A DNA stretch of 64,000 nt from Alphaproteobacteria bacterium. GTDB lineage: Bacteria > Pseudomonadota > Alphaproteobacteria > UBA828. A program made the position numbers and the translations under genes. Under the pieces are notes generated by a model that did no database searches, was not told the DNA's origin, and saw nothing but the letters and a program-made list of their open reading frames with translations. Positions 10,532-20,791 of this stretch are shown one piece after another. Position 1 is the stretch's first letter; every line of letters starts with the position of its first letter. The stretch spans positions 672,001 through 736,000 of the forward strand of contig CAXXVO010000007.1 of NCBI GenBank assembly GCA_963422645.2, in the 5' to 3' direction.

Positions 10532-10733
10532 TGTCAATCGGCTTTCAATACTGACCCCCGATCGGCGTGCAAAATTGACCCCCCTGAGTGGCACGGCGGA
10601 GGTTGTCCCGGTAGCCAATAGGGGGGACCCGCGCGGCTTCGTGTGGCGCCCTGCGCTACGCGGAGCGAAGCCGCGTGGGGGGTCCCTGTTGGCCCACCGG
10701 GGCAACCGGGCCGCAAGGGAGGCCGGCGGCGGG

Positions 10734-11462
10734 TCAGGAGCGGTTCTTGAAGCGCCAGCTCTCGTTGCCGGTCTCGATGATCTCGCAATGATGGGTGAGG
10801 CGATCGAGCAGCGCTGTGGTCATCTTGGGGTCGCCGAAGACGGATGGCCATTCGCCGAAGGCGAGGTTTGTGGTGATGACGATCGAGGTGCGCTCGTAGA
10901 GCCGGCTCATCAGATGGAAGAGCAGCTGCCCACCGGCCTGGGCGAAGGGCAGGTAGCCGAGCTCGTCGAGGATGACGAAGTCGCGGCGGACGAGCTGGTC
11001 TGCAGTGCGGCCCTGGCGTCCGGCGCGAAGCTCGGCCTCGAGGAGGTTGACCAGGTCGACGACGTTGTAGCACCGGCCGCGCGCGCCCTTGCGGATGCAG
11101 GACCGCGCGATGGCGACGGCGAGATGGGTCTTGCCGGTACCGGTGCCGCCGACCAGCACGATGTTGCGTTTGCCCTCGAGGAAGCCGCCGCCGGCGAGCT
11201 CCTGGATCAGGGGCTCGTTGACCGGCGAGGCGGCGAAGTCGAAGTCGGCCAGCTCCTTGACCGTCGGCAGCTTGGCGGAGGCCATCTGGTACTTGATCGA
11301 GCGGGCCCTCTTGTCGGCGATCTCGACCTGCAGCAGCGTACCGATGATCTGTTGCACCGGATGGCGGCGCTTGAGCCCGTCGGCAAGGATGTCGTCGTAA
11401 GCGGCGCGCATACCTGCGAGCTTCAGCTGGGTCATCATCTCCAGCACATCATGACGCTCCAT
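10734..11462 (-). CDS. istB: IS21 ATPase IstB
   Basis: Walker [30 protein letters not shown]. Confidence 0.95.
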   Translation of the reverse strand: MERHDVLEMMTQLKLAGMRAAYDDILADGLKRRHPVQQIIGTLLQVEIADKRARSIKYQMASAKLPTVKELADFDFAASPVNEPLIQELAGGGFLEGKRNIVLVGGTGTGKTHLAVAIARSCIRKGARGRCYNVVDLVNLLEAELRAGRQGRTADQLVRRDFVILDELGYLPFAQAGGQLLFHLMSRLYERTSIVITTNLAFGEWPSVFGDPKMTTALLDRLTHHCEIIETGNESWRFKNRS

Positions 11463-12963
11463 GACCGGCCTCCCTCAGGCTGTCGTAGCGCTGACAGTCG
11501 GCTACCGGCTTGTGGCGAAGCTGCAGGCCCTCGGGCGTCGGGATGATTGCCGGCGGTGCCGGCTGGCGCTGCCGGGCGAGGATGTTGAGCACCACGTCGG
11601 CGCTGCAGGCACCGCAGTCGAGCGTCTCGGCACAGGCCGCCTCAACCGCCTCCAGTCCGTCCTCCAGCACCGCCGCGAGCACCTTGACGAACTGCCGGTC
11701 GCCGTCGTCGTGGCCCGCGAGCCGGGTTCGCAGGCGGCCGAGCGCGTTGGGCAACTGCCAGTCCTTGAAGGGCGCGCCATTGCGTAGCGCGCCGGGCTTC
11801 CGCGTCAGGATCGGCACGTAATGCCACGGATCGTAGACGAACCGGCCGCGCCCGAAGCTGCGGGGGTGCTCGGCAACGGTCTCGCCGTCCTGGCGGATGA
11901 CGATCCGATCGGCATAGGCCCGCACGTCCACCGGCCGGCCGACGGCGCGGGCCGCGACGCTGTACTGGTTGTTGTCGAAGCGCACCAGACAGGTCTTCGA
12001 GACCGACACCTCGCTGGCATGGAAGCCGTCGAAGGGGCCGCGATACGCCATCAGGAAGGGCTGCTCCTCCTCGAACACCTGCCACACCGTCTTGCCCGGG
12101 ATTGTCGGATGCGGATGCTTCTTGGCGTCCTCGATGCACCGATCCATCAGCCACTCGTTGATCTCGGCGTAGGAGCGGCCCCGCGGGATGGGCACGAACA
12201 GGCGGCCGCGAAGGTCACCCACCTGCTTCTCGACCTGCCCCTTCTCCCAGCCAGCCCCTGGCGTGCACGCCACAGGCTCCACCAGATGGTGCGAGCACAG
12301 CTCCTGGAAGCGGCGGTTGTAGTCCCGCTTCTTGCCCACGAAGATCGTGCTCACCGCCGTCTTCATGTTGTCGTAGATGCCCCGCCGGCAGACCCCGCCG
12401 AAGAAGCGGAAGGCACGCTCGTGCGCCTCGAAGACCATCTCCTGGCTCTCGCGGGGAAAGATCTGGACCAGATACATCCGGCTGTGGCACAGCCGCATGT
12501 GCGCCGCCTTCACCCTGGTCGTCGCGCCCGACAGACGCGCGTACTCGTGGCTCCAGTCGAACTGGTAGGCCTCGCCGGGATCGAAGATCAGCGGCACATA
12601 GGCCTGCGCCGGCGACAACAGCCGCCACCGGCGCCGCCAGGCCCTGGCATAGCGGCGAACCGCGTCATAGCCGCCCTTGTAGCCCAGCGACACAAGGTCT
12701 TCATGAATCCGCAGAAGAGACAGCCGATCCTTGCGTGCCTTCTTCTCGTTGGCCTTCAGCTGGCGCTCAAGCTCCTCCACCCACAGCCCAAGCTTCGGCA
12801 TCGGCTGGATCTTGCGCTCGTAGCTGTGCGAGGTCGCATCGCCCCGCACCACCTTGCGTATCGTGTTCTTGGAAACCCTCAAATCCCGGGCGAGCTTCTT
12901 GATCGGAACGCCCTTCACCAGATGATCCCGACGGATCTTCGCGATCGTTTCCACAACCAGCAT
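11449..12963 (-). CDS. istA: IS21 transposase IstA
   Basis: [27 protein letters not shown]. Confidence 0.95.
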   Translation of the reverse strand: MLVVETIAKIRRDHLVKGVPIKKLARDLRVSKNTIRKVVRGDATSHSYERKIQPMPKLGLWVEELERQLKANEKKARKDRLSLLRIHEDLVSLGYKGGYDAVRRYARAWRRRWRLLSPAQAYVPLIFDPGEAYQFDWSHEYARLSGATTRVKAAHMRLCHSRMYLVQIFPRESQEMVFEAHERAFRFFGGVCRRGIYDNMKTAVSTIFVGKKRDYNRRFQELCSHHLVEPVACTPGAGWEKGQVEKQVGDLRGRLFVPIPRGRSYAEINEWLMDRCIEDAKKHPHPTIPGKTVWQVFEEEQPFLMAYRGPFDGFHASEVSVSKTCLVRFDNNQYSVAARAVGRPVDVRAYADRIVIRQDGETVAEHPRSFGRGRFVYDPWHYVPILTRKPGALRNGAPFKDWQLPNALGRLRTRLAGHDDGDRQFVKVLAAVLEDGLEAVEAACAETLDCGACSADVVLNILARQRQPAPPAIIPTPEGLQLRHKPVADCQRYDSLREAGHGAS

Positions 12964-13082
12964 CTCCCCCACCACCCCGTCCGTCCAAACGACGAGGTGT
13001 GTTCATGGACACAAATCCAAGGGGGTCAATTTTGGACGCCGATCACCCCCAATAGGGGGTCACTTTTCCACGCTTAACAACA

Positions 13083-13309
13083 TGGATGGGACCTCCGGCA
13101 AGCACTACGTCACCTTCGAGGTCGCCTCGAGCAGGCTATTCTCGTCGCCGACGCGGTATTTCGACAGATACCTATCCACTATTCACTATATAGGATGGCG
13201 GGCGCCGTTCTCCGGCGCGGTCTACGTCCGCGCTAGATTCACGACCCTGGCGATGGACGCAGGATCACGAGGCCCCTGGTCGGTCACCTACACCCATCGG
13301 GCGTCCTAG
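13083..13309 (+). pseudogene. C-terminal fragment of a possible phage tail or virion protein, truncated by IS21
   Basis: Open frame from the IS21 end to a stop (…VYVRARFTT…GPWS…); assignment mostly from context. Confidence 0.3.
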
Positions 13310-13323
13310 GAGATTCGACGGCG

Positions 13324-13947
13324 GTGCCCGGCGTGAGAGACCCCCGCGAATCAACCCCGGTCGAGCCCGGAGAGGGTTCCACCCCCCCCATTCGCGTCGT
13401 CCGCGCAGCCATCGGCCCTCGAGCAATGGCCGAGGTCGAGCGAGCCGTCAACGGGCTCGCGCTCGCGCGCCGGGGCCCCGGCGCGGACGACTGCTACGAG
13501 GCATGGCTGCCCGACGGGATGCTCCCGGCAGACTGCACCGACGCCCTGGACGCCCTCGCCCGCAACTACGCCCGCGAGGTGCTGAACGCATGCGCGGACA
13601 CGCCCTCGCCCGCCGTCTGCAACTGTTACTTCGCAGGACAGGCCTGCCTCTGGCACGTCGACCAGTACGCAGGGCGGGGAGTTCCCGACACCCTCGACCG
13701 GACCGTCTCCGCAAGCCTCATCGTCGAACGCGCCGCAGCCGGCGGCGACATGGTCTTCCAGGACCCGGGCCGGAAACGCCGCCCCGTACGGATCGACCCG
13801 CCGCCGGGATCGCTCGTCCTCTTCCCCGCAGACTGGTGGCACAGGGTCGCACCCGCCACCGCCGGCATCCGCCGCTCGCTCGTGCGATGGTGGGCGCAGT
13901 CGAACGGAGAGAGGTTCTCGTCCCTCGCCCGGCCCGACGGAGGATGA
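13324..13947 (+). CDS. 2OG-Fe(II) oxygenase superfamily protein
   Basis: WHVD (HxD), GGDMVF, LVLFPADWWHRVAP, GIRRSLVRW. Confidence 0.85.
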   Translation: MPGVRDPRESTPVEPGEGSTPPIRVVRAAIGPRAMAEVERAVNGLALARRGPGADDCYEAWLPDGMLPADCTDALDALARNYAREVLNACADTPSPAVCNCYFAGQACLWHVDQYAGRGVPDTLDRTVSASLIVERAAAGGDMVFQDPGRKRRPVRIDPPPGSLVLFPADWWHRVAPATAGIRRSLVRWWAQSNGERFSSLARPDGG

Positions 13948-13951
13948 CACG

Positions 13952-14472
13952 GTGATCGACATCCAGGACGCGATCCGCCGGCTCATGCCCACGGCTTCCT
14001 GCCGGGCTCCTTCCCCGGCGGCATCGACACGATGTTCGACGAGGCGACATGGAAGGCCTACGGCTGGAACCCGATCCCCGGCCTGCCGGACTACGGCCCC
14101 GACCCGGACGCCAGCCCCAAGCCGGCATGGGCCATGATCGCCGAAGCGGGCGAGCGCGCCGCCGCCGAAGACCTCCGGCAAGAAAGGGCGCAAGGGGTCG
14201 ACCGGGAGGCAACCCGCCGCATCCGGAAGGCCTACGGGGCGAGGAGCTGGGAGCACGAGGCCAGACGGCGGCTGCGCGGCGCCGCCACCGAGGAGCAGGA
14301 CGCCGAACGCGACCGCCTGCGCCGGCTCTGCCGCGCGCTCCGCAAGCGCATCGAAACCATGGACGCGGGCGCGCTCGAGCGCTTCGACGCAGCCGACGAC
14401 AGACACTGGCGCCCGCCCGAAGCCGGGCCCGCCCAGCCCCCCGCGCCCGAGGCGGAGGAGAAGGCGGAATAG
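13952..14472 (+). CDS. Probable phage tail-fibre-associated protein, apparent frameshift near 13990
   Basis: Helical charged protein ending FDAADDRHW, resembling tail-assembly chaperone-like proteins; two overlapping frames. Confidence 0.4.
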
Positions 14473-14572
14473 AACCCTTGCAGGGGCCGTGCACACCGAA
14501 TTCCGCGCCCCTGAACGGCCCGTGCATGGCCGATGCAGAGGCCGTTTTTCCAGCCCGAATCAGCCCCGAAAA

Positions 14573-15316
14573 TCAGCCTGTTTTCCAGGCCATTCGCAAA
14601 GACTTCTGGCCGCGATTCGCAAAGACTTCTGGCCGGCTACACAGGAGGCCCAGCGCGCGGGCGAGGGGAGGGGACTCGCGCCAGGGGGAGGCCCCTTCGG
14701 GAAGACGCGGCACGTGCGCGATGGGTAGCGGGCCCGCGTGCTTCACGATGGTCTCCGCCGTTTCTGCCGGCGGCACCGGACTCTCCGGCGATTCGCTGAC
14801 GATGAGGCCGGCGACCTCGATGCCGCGCCCGCGAATGGCTGCGAGCGTGGTCAGCGTGTGGCTGATGGTGCCGAGGTAGCTGCCCGCCACCACCAGCGCC
14901 GGCGCGCCGAGCTCCGCAATCCAGTCGAGCACGGTGCGGTCATCGTTCAACGGCACCATGGCCCCACCGATGCCCTCGATCAGCAGCGGGTCGCCCTCGG
15001 CGGCGCGGCAGAAGGCAACGATGTCCGGCAGGTCGAGGCGGCGTCTCTCGCGGGCCGCGGCCATGTCGGGCGAGAGCGGGGCGGCGAAGCGCCACGGCGT
15101 GATTTTGGCGACCGCTTCCTCGGTCACGGCCTCGCCCAGGCTCGCGAGGAGGACGCCGGGGTCACTGTCCGCGAGCGTGGCTGGATCGTAACCGCTGAGG
15201 ACCGGCTTGAGCGCACGCACAGGCCGGCCCGCCGCGCGAAGCTCGTGGCAGAGCGCGGCCGTGACCAGGGTCTTGCCGATCTCGGTGCCCGTGGCGGTAA
15301 CGAAGAGCGTGCTCAT
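14573..15316 (-). CDS. bioD: Dethiobiotin synthase (C-terminal tail supplied by the adjacent element end)
   Basis: FVTATGTEIGKT, KPVLSG, IEGIGG, YLGTISHT. Confidence 0.95.
   Translation of the reverse strand: MSTLFVTATGTEIGKTLVTAALCHELRAAGRPVRALKPVLSGYDPATLADSDPGVLLASLGEAVTEEAVAKITPWRFAAPLSPDMAAARERRRLDLPDIVAFCRAAEGDPLLIEGIGGAMVPLNDDRTVLDWIAELGAPALVVAGSYLGTISHTLTTLAAIRGRGIEVAGLIVSESPESPVPPAETAETIVKHAGPLPIAHVPRLPEGASPWRESPPLARALGLLCSRPEVFANRGQKSLRMAWKTG
14592..14641. repeat. Two 21-bp direct repeats and a terminal …CTACA: probable Mu-like (transposable phage) end
   Basis: ATTCGCAAAGACTTCTGGCCG at 14592-14612 and 14615-14635, then GCTACA; abuts the last plausible native bioD codon. Confidence 0.6.
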
Positions 15317-15318
15317 GG

Positions 15319-16476
15319 CTAGCTCCGGTCGAGGATGCGCTCGCGCACGATCTCCGCCAGCCGCTCGATGTCGCCGTCATCGTGGCCTGCGCTGAAGGTG
15401 AGACGGAGCCGTGCCGTGCCCTCCGGCACCGTCGGCGGCCGGATCGCGGTGACGAGGAAGCCTTCGTCCTCCAGCAACCGGGAGGCCGCGAGTGCACGCT
15501 CCGGCGCCCCGAGCAGGATCGGAACGATGCAGCTTTCAGGCGCCGGCAGGTTCAGGTGGGCGCAGAAGAACGACGCCTTGCGCAGCGGTGCCGCGACCAG
15601 GGCGGGGTCGCTCGCGATCAGGTCGAGGGCCGCGACGCTGGCCGCGACCACGCCCGGCGGCAGGCCCGTCGAGTAGATGAAGGGCCGCGCGCGGGTGCGG
15701 ATCAGGTCGATCACCGGCTGCGAGGCGCAAAGATAGCCGCCGTAGCTGCCGACTGCCTTCGACAGCGTGCCCATCTGCAGCGGCACCTTGGTCTTCGCGC
15801 CGCCCACGAAGCTCGAGCCGCGCCCGCCGCCGACAACGCCGATGCCGTGGGCGTCGTCGGTCATCAGCCAGGTGTCGTGGGCCGCCGCGATTTCGGTCAG
15901 CGCCGCGACCGGGGCGAGGTCGCCGTCCATGCTGAACACGCCGTCGGTGAGCAGCAGCGCGCGCCCGTGGCCGTCGCGGTGTTCAGCCAGCAGAGCCTCT
16001 GCATGGTCGAGATCGTTGTGTCGAAAGATCTCGACCCTGGCGCGCGCGAGAGAGGCGCCCGCGCGCAGACACGCATGGCTCAGCTCGTCGGCCACGATCA
16101 GGTCGCCGGTGCCGACGAGGCTCGGCACGATCCCGAGATTGGCGAGGTAGCCCGAGCCGAAGACGCAGGCGTCGTCGCTGCCCTTGAGGCGGGCGAGGCG
16201 GCGTTCCAGCGCCGCGAAGAGGGGATGATTGCCGGTCACCAGCCGCGACGAGCCGGCACCGGCACCCCAACGCTCGGTGGCTTCGACAGCGGCCCGCTTG
16301 ACCGCCGGGTGCTGCGACAGATTGAGGTAGTCGTTGCTGCAGAACGAGATCAGCGCGCGGCCGTTGCGCTTCACCCCGACCGGTCCGCACGGCGCGGTCT
16401 CGTGGAGGGAGCGGCGCAGCTGCCGCTCCGCGAGTGCGGCGAGCTTGGCCTCGGCGAAGCGTTCGAGCGTATCCAT
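15319..16476 (-). CDS. bioF: 8-amino-7-oxononanoate synthase
   Basis: SNDYLNL, DELSHA, DGVFSMDGD, DDAHG, GTLSKA, IRPPTVP. Confidence 0.95.
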   Translation of the reverse strand: MDTLERFAEAKLAALAERQLRRSLHETAPCGPVGVKRNGRALISFCSNDYLNLSQHPAVKRAAVEATERWGAGAGSSRLVTGNHPLFAALERRLARLKGSDDACVFGSGYLANLGIVPSLVGTGDLIVADELSHACLRAGASLARARVEIFRHNDLDHAEALLAEHRDGHGRALLLTDGVFSMDGDLAPVAALTEIAAAHDTWLMTDDAHGIGVVGGGRGSSFVGGAKTKVPLQMGTLSKAVGSYGGYLCASQPVIDLIRTRARPFIYSTGLPPGVVAASVAALDLIASDPALVAAPLRKASFFCAHLNLPAPESCIVPILLGAPERALAASRLLEDEGFLVTAIRPPTVPEGTARLRLTFSAGHDDGDIERLAEIVRERILDRS

Positions 16477-16518
16477 GCGCACTCCCGCGCCGAGGCGGCG
16501 GTGCCGCGCTTCTGCCGG

Positions 16519-17931
16519 CTAGAGCTCCCCCTCGCGGCGCAACATGCGGATGGTCTCGCGGAAGGCGTCGACGGTGACGGGGAGATCGTCCGCAGTGTTG
16601 GCGGCCGAGGCCATGCCACCGGGCCAGCCCTGAACGTCCACGCCGTTCACCAGAAGGCCGAGGCGGATCTTGTTGACGAGCTCCGGCGGGCGCTCCTTGA
16701 GCTCCGCGTAGTCGATCGCGAGGGGATCGAAGTTGGACGGCGTGATCGCGCGCCCGCGCGGGTTCATGAAGAGGTGGAACGAGGAGAAGGTGCCATAGAC
16801 CGACCAGGGCACGCCTTCGTCCTCCAGCACCCCGTTGAGCCCGGCCCGAAGCTCGGCGCCGAAGGCGGACGCTCTCTCGCAGGCATCCGAATCCCGCACG
16901 ATGATGAGCGCGGCCGTGCCGGCAGCGGCGGCGACCGGGTTCGCGTTGAAGGTGCCGGGGTGAAAGATTTTTTCGCGGCCGCTTGCCTTGGCCGCATAGA
17001 AGTCCAGATCGTCGAGAATATCCTTTCGTCCGGCCACGGCGCCGCCCGGCAGGCCGCCGGCGATAATCTTGGCGTGGGTGCTCATGTCGGGCGTAACGCC
17101 GAAATAGCCCTGCGCACCGCCGGGGGAGACTCGGAAGCCCGTGATCACTTCGTCGAAGATCAGCACAACGCCGTGCTTCGCCGTCAGCTCCCGCAGGAAG
17201 CCCAGAAACTCGAACGCATGGGGCACGAGCCCGAAGGAGCCACCCGTCGGCTCCAGGATCGCTGCGGCGATATCGTCGTCGGCTTCGAACACGGCGCGTG
17301 CGGCCTCTTCGTCGCCGGGCGGCAGCAGGATCACCTGGGACGCGAGGTCGGGCAGCACACCTGCCGTCGGCGCGCCGTCGAAGTGCGACATGTAGCCGGA
17401 GGTCATGTGGTCGTGCCAGCCGTGGAAGTGGCCCTTGAATCGCACGATCTTGTTCTTGCCGGTGTGGGCGCGGGCGAGGCGGAGCGCCATGAGCGTCGCC
17501 TCAGTGCCGGAGGAGGTGAAGCGCACCCGCTCCGCGCACGGCACCAGCTCGCGCACGATCTGCGCCCAGCGCACCTCGCGTTCGTGGTTGGCGCCGGGGT
17601 GCGTGCCGTCCGGCAGCGCTTCCTGGATCGCCGCAAGAACTTCCGGCCGGCCGTGGCCGAGCAGCAGGGCGCCGTGGCCGCCGGCGTAGTCGACGTACTC
17701 GTTGCCGTCGCGGTCCCACTTGCGTGAGCCCTCGGCCCGCGTGACGTAGATGCCGTAGGGCTGCAGGTGGCGCGCATCGTGGACGATGCCGGAGGGCAGA
17801 ATGTCCCTGGCCTCGGCCGCGAGCGCCGCCGAGCCTGGCGTCCTCGTCAGGTAGGCCTGAACGATGCCGGAATTCGAGGCGAGCATGCCGGCGCCCGACG
17901 ACGCTTCCGCTTGTGGTGTTGCTGCGCTCAT
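16519..17931 (-). CDS. Class III aminotransferase (glutamate-1-semialdehyde aminomutase-like)
   Basis: SSGTEAT, FHGWHD, LIFDEVITGFR, AKIIAGGLP, GTFNANP. Confidence 0.9.
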   Translation of the reverse strand: MSAATPQAEASSGAGMLASNSGIVQAYLTRTPGSAALAAEARDILPSGIVHDARHLQPYGIYVTRAEGSRKWDRDGNEYVDYAGGHGALLLGHGRPEVLAAIQEALPDGTHPGANHEREVRWAQIVRELVPCAERVRFTSSGTEATLMALRLARAHTGKNKIVRFKGHFHGWHDHMTSGYMSHFDGAPTAGVLPDLASQVILLPPGDEEAARAVFEADDDIAAAILEPTGGSFGLVPHAFEFLGFLRELTAKHGVVLIFDEVITGFRVSPGGAQGYFGVTPDMSTHAKIIAGGLPGGAVAGRKDILDDLDFYAAKASGREKIFHPGTFNANPVAAAAGTAALIIVRDSDACERASAFGAELRAGLNGVLEDEGVPWSVYGTFSSFHLFMNPRGRAITPSNFDPLAIDYAELKERPPELVNKIRLGLLVNGVDVQGWPGGMASAANTADDLPVTVDAFRETIRMLRREGEL

Positions 17932-17939
17932 GTCCTGTC

Positions 17940-18662
17940 CTATTCGATGTAGGGATCGACCGCGTCGCGCACGGCCTTGGCGACCGCGACGGCGCTCGGC
18001 GTGTCCGAGTGGACGCAGATCGTCTCCGCCTTGGTCGGCACGTCCTTGCCGTTGACGGAACGGATCACACCGTCCTTCACCACGCGCATGATCTGATCGA
18101 CCGCTTGTTTCGGCGCCACCGACTTGTGCTCGCGGGTGATGATGCAGCGGCCTTCGTCGTCATAGTCGAGGTCGGCGAAGATCTCCCACACGACATCCGT
18201 GTACTTGGGCCAGATCGTCTCGTGCATGGTGCCGGTGGTGCCGTACATGGGCACGCCGAAGACCTGCGCCGCCTCGGCGCAGGCGGTCGCCACGTCCTCG
18301 TCGATCCAGGCGGCGCCATAGAGCGCACCGTGGGGCTTCAGGTGATTGAGGGTCATCCCCTCCATCTCGAGGAAGCCCTTGAGCGCGCCGCACTGGTAGA
18401 TGATGGCGTCGCGCAGCTCCTTGCGGTCCATCTTCATGTAGCGCCGGCCGAACCCGTCCCGATCGGGAAACGACGGGTGCGCCCCCACCTTCACGCCCTG
18501 CTTCTTTGCGAGCACGACGGTTTCGTGCATCACGCCTGGGTCCGAGGCATGGAAGCCGCAAGCGACGTTGGCCGAGGTGATGTAGGGCATGATCGCCTCG
18601 TCGTCGCCGCAGGTATAGATGCTGTAGGCCTCGCCCATGTCGCAGTTGATGTCGATCGCCAT
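17940..18662 (-). CDS. pxpA: 5-oxoprolinase subunit A (LamB/YcsF family)
   Basis: DINCDMGE, ANVACGFHA, GAHPSFPD…GFGRR, KPHGALY, TICVHSD. Confidence 0.9.
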   Translation of the reverse strand: MAIDINCDMGEAYSIYTCGDDEAIMPYITSANVACGFHASDPGVMHETVVLAKKQGVKVGAHPSFPDRDGFGRRYMKMDRKELRDAIIYQCGALKGFLEMEGMTLNHLKPHGALYGAAWIDEDVATACAEAAQVFGVPMYGTTGTMHETIWPKYTDVVWEIFADLDYDDEGRCIITREHKSVAPKQAVDQIMRVVKDGVIRSVNGKDVPTKAETICVHSDTPSAVAVAKAVRDAVDPYIE

Positions 18663-18857
18663 CGTCTCCCCCGCCTTTCGTCGCCTTTCCGCCCGCGATC
18701 ACGGGCGTGTAACGAAGCTTCTCGGCCAAACGTAGCAGGATTGTTCCCCAATCTCGATTCCGCTGCCCGCGACCTTGCTTAGACACGCAGAGGCCCGGTG
18801 GCTTTTTGTGCCGAGGCTATGTGTTTATATGGCGAAGGAATCGGAACCCGAGTCGCA

Positions 18858-19670
18858 ATGAGTGCGCCCGCCGATGCCGTGACAAAGGCCGGTCGTCGAG
18901 TGACCCGCGCGCTCGAGCGGTTGAGGAAGTATCGACTGGCGGCGGGGCTCCTTTCCTTCGGCGGCCTCGTGCTGGGTACGTTGCGCGACCTGGCGCCGAT
19001 CATCGTCGTGGTCGCGGTCTTCCAAGTCGCCGTCCTGAACCAGCCATTCCCCAATCTCGGCGGAATCATCGGCGGGCTCGTGCTGGTGATGCTGGGGCTC
19101 GCTCTCTTCATCAAGGGCCTGGAAATGGGCCTCTTCCCGCTCGGCGAGAGCCTGGCCCAGGGTTTCGCGCACAAGGGTAGCCTGTTCTGGCTCCTCGTCT
19201 TTGCCTTCGCGCTGGGCTTCGGGACCACGGTCGCAGAGCCTGCGCTGATCGCGGTCACGGGCGAGGCCGCACGGGTTGCCGCCGACGCCGGTGTCGTCGC
19301 GGCAGATGCGGACGCCATGGACACCTACGCCCTCGGGTTGCGCTACACGGTCGCCGTCTCGGTCGGCGTCGGCATCACGCTCGGTGTGCTTCGCATCCTC
19401 AAGGGCTGGCCACTCCACTACTGGATCATCGGCGGCTACGTCATCGCCGTCGGCCTCACTTTCCTCGCGCCGGATGAGATTGTGGGCATCGCCTACGATT
19501 CCGGCGGTGTCACCACGTCCACCATCACCGTGCCAATGGTGACGGCGCTCGGCGTCGGTCTCGCCACGGCGATCCGCGGGCGCAACCCGCTGATCGATGG
19601 CTTCGGGCTCATCGCCTACGCGAGCCTCACGCCCATCATCTTCGTGCTCGTCTTCGGAATGGTGTTCTAA
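18858..19670 (+). CDS. DUF1538 membrane protein
   Basis: [32 protein letters not shown]; start uncertain. Confidence 0.85.
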   Translation: MSAPADAVTKAGRRVTRALERLRKYRLAAGLLSFGGLVLGTLRDLAPIIVVVAVFQVAVLNQPFPNLGGIIGGLVLVMLGLALFIKGLEMGLFPLGESLAQGFAHKGSLFWLLVFAFALGFGTTVAEPALIAVTGEAARVAADAGVVAADADAMDTYALGLRYTVAVSVGVGITLGVLRILKGWPLHYWIIGGYVIAVGLTFLAPDEIVGIAYDSGGVTTSTITVPMVTALGVGLATAIRGRNPLIDGFGLIAYASLTPIIFVLVFGMVF

Positions 19671-19681
19671 GGGGGCGCGCT

Positions 19682-20500
19682 GTGGAACTGCTCGCCCGCT
19701 TACCTGCCGTCAGTTTGGACACGGTGCGTGACGAAGCCCCGCTGATCGGCCTCGTGCTGCTCTTCTACATCGTCGTCCTGCGCCGGCGCCCGCCGAATCC
19801 GGGCCGCGTCGTAGTGGGTTTCGTCTACGTCACCATCGGCCTCGCGCTCTTCCTCATCGGGCTGGAAAAGGCTCTCTTCCCCCTCGGCAAGACGATGGCG
19901 GCACAGCTGACCGACCCGGCGTTCCTCGGCCTCGCGGAGGGCGCGACCGCGCACTGGCTGGACTATGGCTGGATTTACGCCTTTGCCGCAGCGATCGGAT
20001 TCGGCACCACCATCGCGGAGCCGTCGCTCTTGGCCGTCGCCGAGAAGGCCGGTGCCGTCTCCGGCGGGACGATCAAGCCCTGGGGGCTGCGCTTAGCGGT
20101 TGCCGTGGGCGTTGCGGTCGGCGTCGGGTTGGGCGCCGTCCGTATCGTCATCGGGCTGCCGCTCCACTATCTGATCATGGCCGGCTACGCGATCGTGATC
20201 GTCCAGACGATCTTCTCTACGCGCAACACCATCCCGCTTGCCTACGATTCCGGCGGCGTCACGACCTCGACCGTCACCGTGCCGCTGGTCGCCGCGCTCG
20301 GCCTCGGCCTCGCCGCCAACGTGCCGGGGCGCAGCCCTCTCATCGACGGCTTCGGGCTTATCGCCCTTGCCAGCGTTTTCCCAATTATTGCCGTGCTGGC
20401 TTACGCCCAGCTCTCGTCGGCGCTCGAGACTGCACAAAACAGTCATGGTCCCCGCGGTTCTGAGCCACCCCGTGGCATGAAACAGGAGCGGTTCGGCTGA
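19682..20500 (+). CDS. DUF1538 membrane protein; native C-terminal tail displaced by IS110
   Basis: Same motifs; IS110 begins near 20435, inside the last codons. Confidence 0.85.
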   Translation: MELLARLPAVSLDTVRDEAPLIGLVLLFYIVVLRRRPPNPGRVVVGFVYVTIGLALFLIGLEKALFPLGKTMAAQLTDPAFLGLAEGATAHWLDYGWIYAFAAAIGFGTTIAEPSLLAVAEKAGAVSGGTIKPWGLRLAVAVGVAVGVGLGAVRIVIGLPLHYLIMAGYAIVIVQTIFSTRNTIPLAYDSGGVTTSTVTVPLVAALGLGLAANVPGRSPLIDGFGLIALASVFPIIAVLAYAQLSSALETAQNSHGPRGSEPPRGMKQERFG

Positions 20501-20546
20501 CGTTTTCCTTGCGCTTGCACCCATTTGCCGTGTCAGGATGGGTATT

Positions 20547-20729
20547 GGCGGAGGTGGGGACGTGTGAGCGTCGTTATATCGGTGACGTAGTTCCCGATGA
20601 CAAAACTGCTTCCGGCGGCCGGCTCCGCACCCCGTATTGTACCCGGCCCGTGGCCGTGGACGCGCGGCAAATTGCACCGCACCCGCTCGTCGGATGCGTG
20701 TTCTTCCGACCGCTGTCCCCGCCTCCACC
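20547..20729 (+). ncRNA. Candidate IS110 bridge RNA in the left non-coding end (also at 56038-56220 and 57807-57989)
   Basis: 15-bp long-range stem (20547-20561 with 20715-20729; one mismatch, one G-U) closing ~180 nt with internal hairpins; position and size fit IS110 bridge RNAs. Confidence 0.55.
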
Positions 20730-20791
20730 GTGGCGATGCCACGGCGTGATCGTACGCCGCCGTGGCGAGAGCGCAAATGAGGAGGAAGGCG

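Larger units (their letters stand above)
10532..13082 (-). mobile_element. IS21-family element (istAB)
   Basis: TGT…ACA ends with repeated TGACCCC subterminal motifs; flanks (CCCGAG / TGGATG) show no TSD. Confidence 0.92.

Noticed and set aside
10560-10733. Hairpin-rich region downstream of istB as a novel ncRNA
   Set aside because: Lies within the IS21 end, where repeated and palindromic sequences are expected.
14592-14635. Direct repeats as a mini-CRISPR or iterons
   Set aside because: Only two units with a 2-bp gap, no spacers, no cas or rep gene; a transposable-element end fits better.
15382-17727. Very long ORFs antisense to real genes (also 35536-37425 portion, 40256-42466, 43804-45708, 49967-52219, 20093-21874)
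   Set aside because: Shadow frames typical of high-GC DNA; no recognisable motifs, and they lie opposite well-supported genes.
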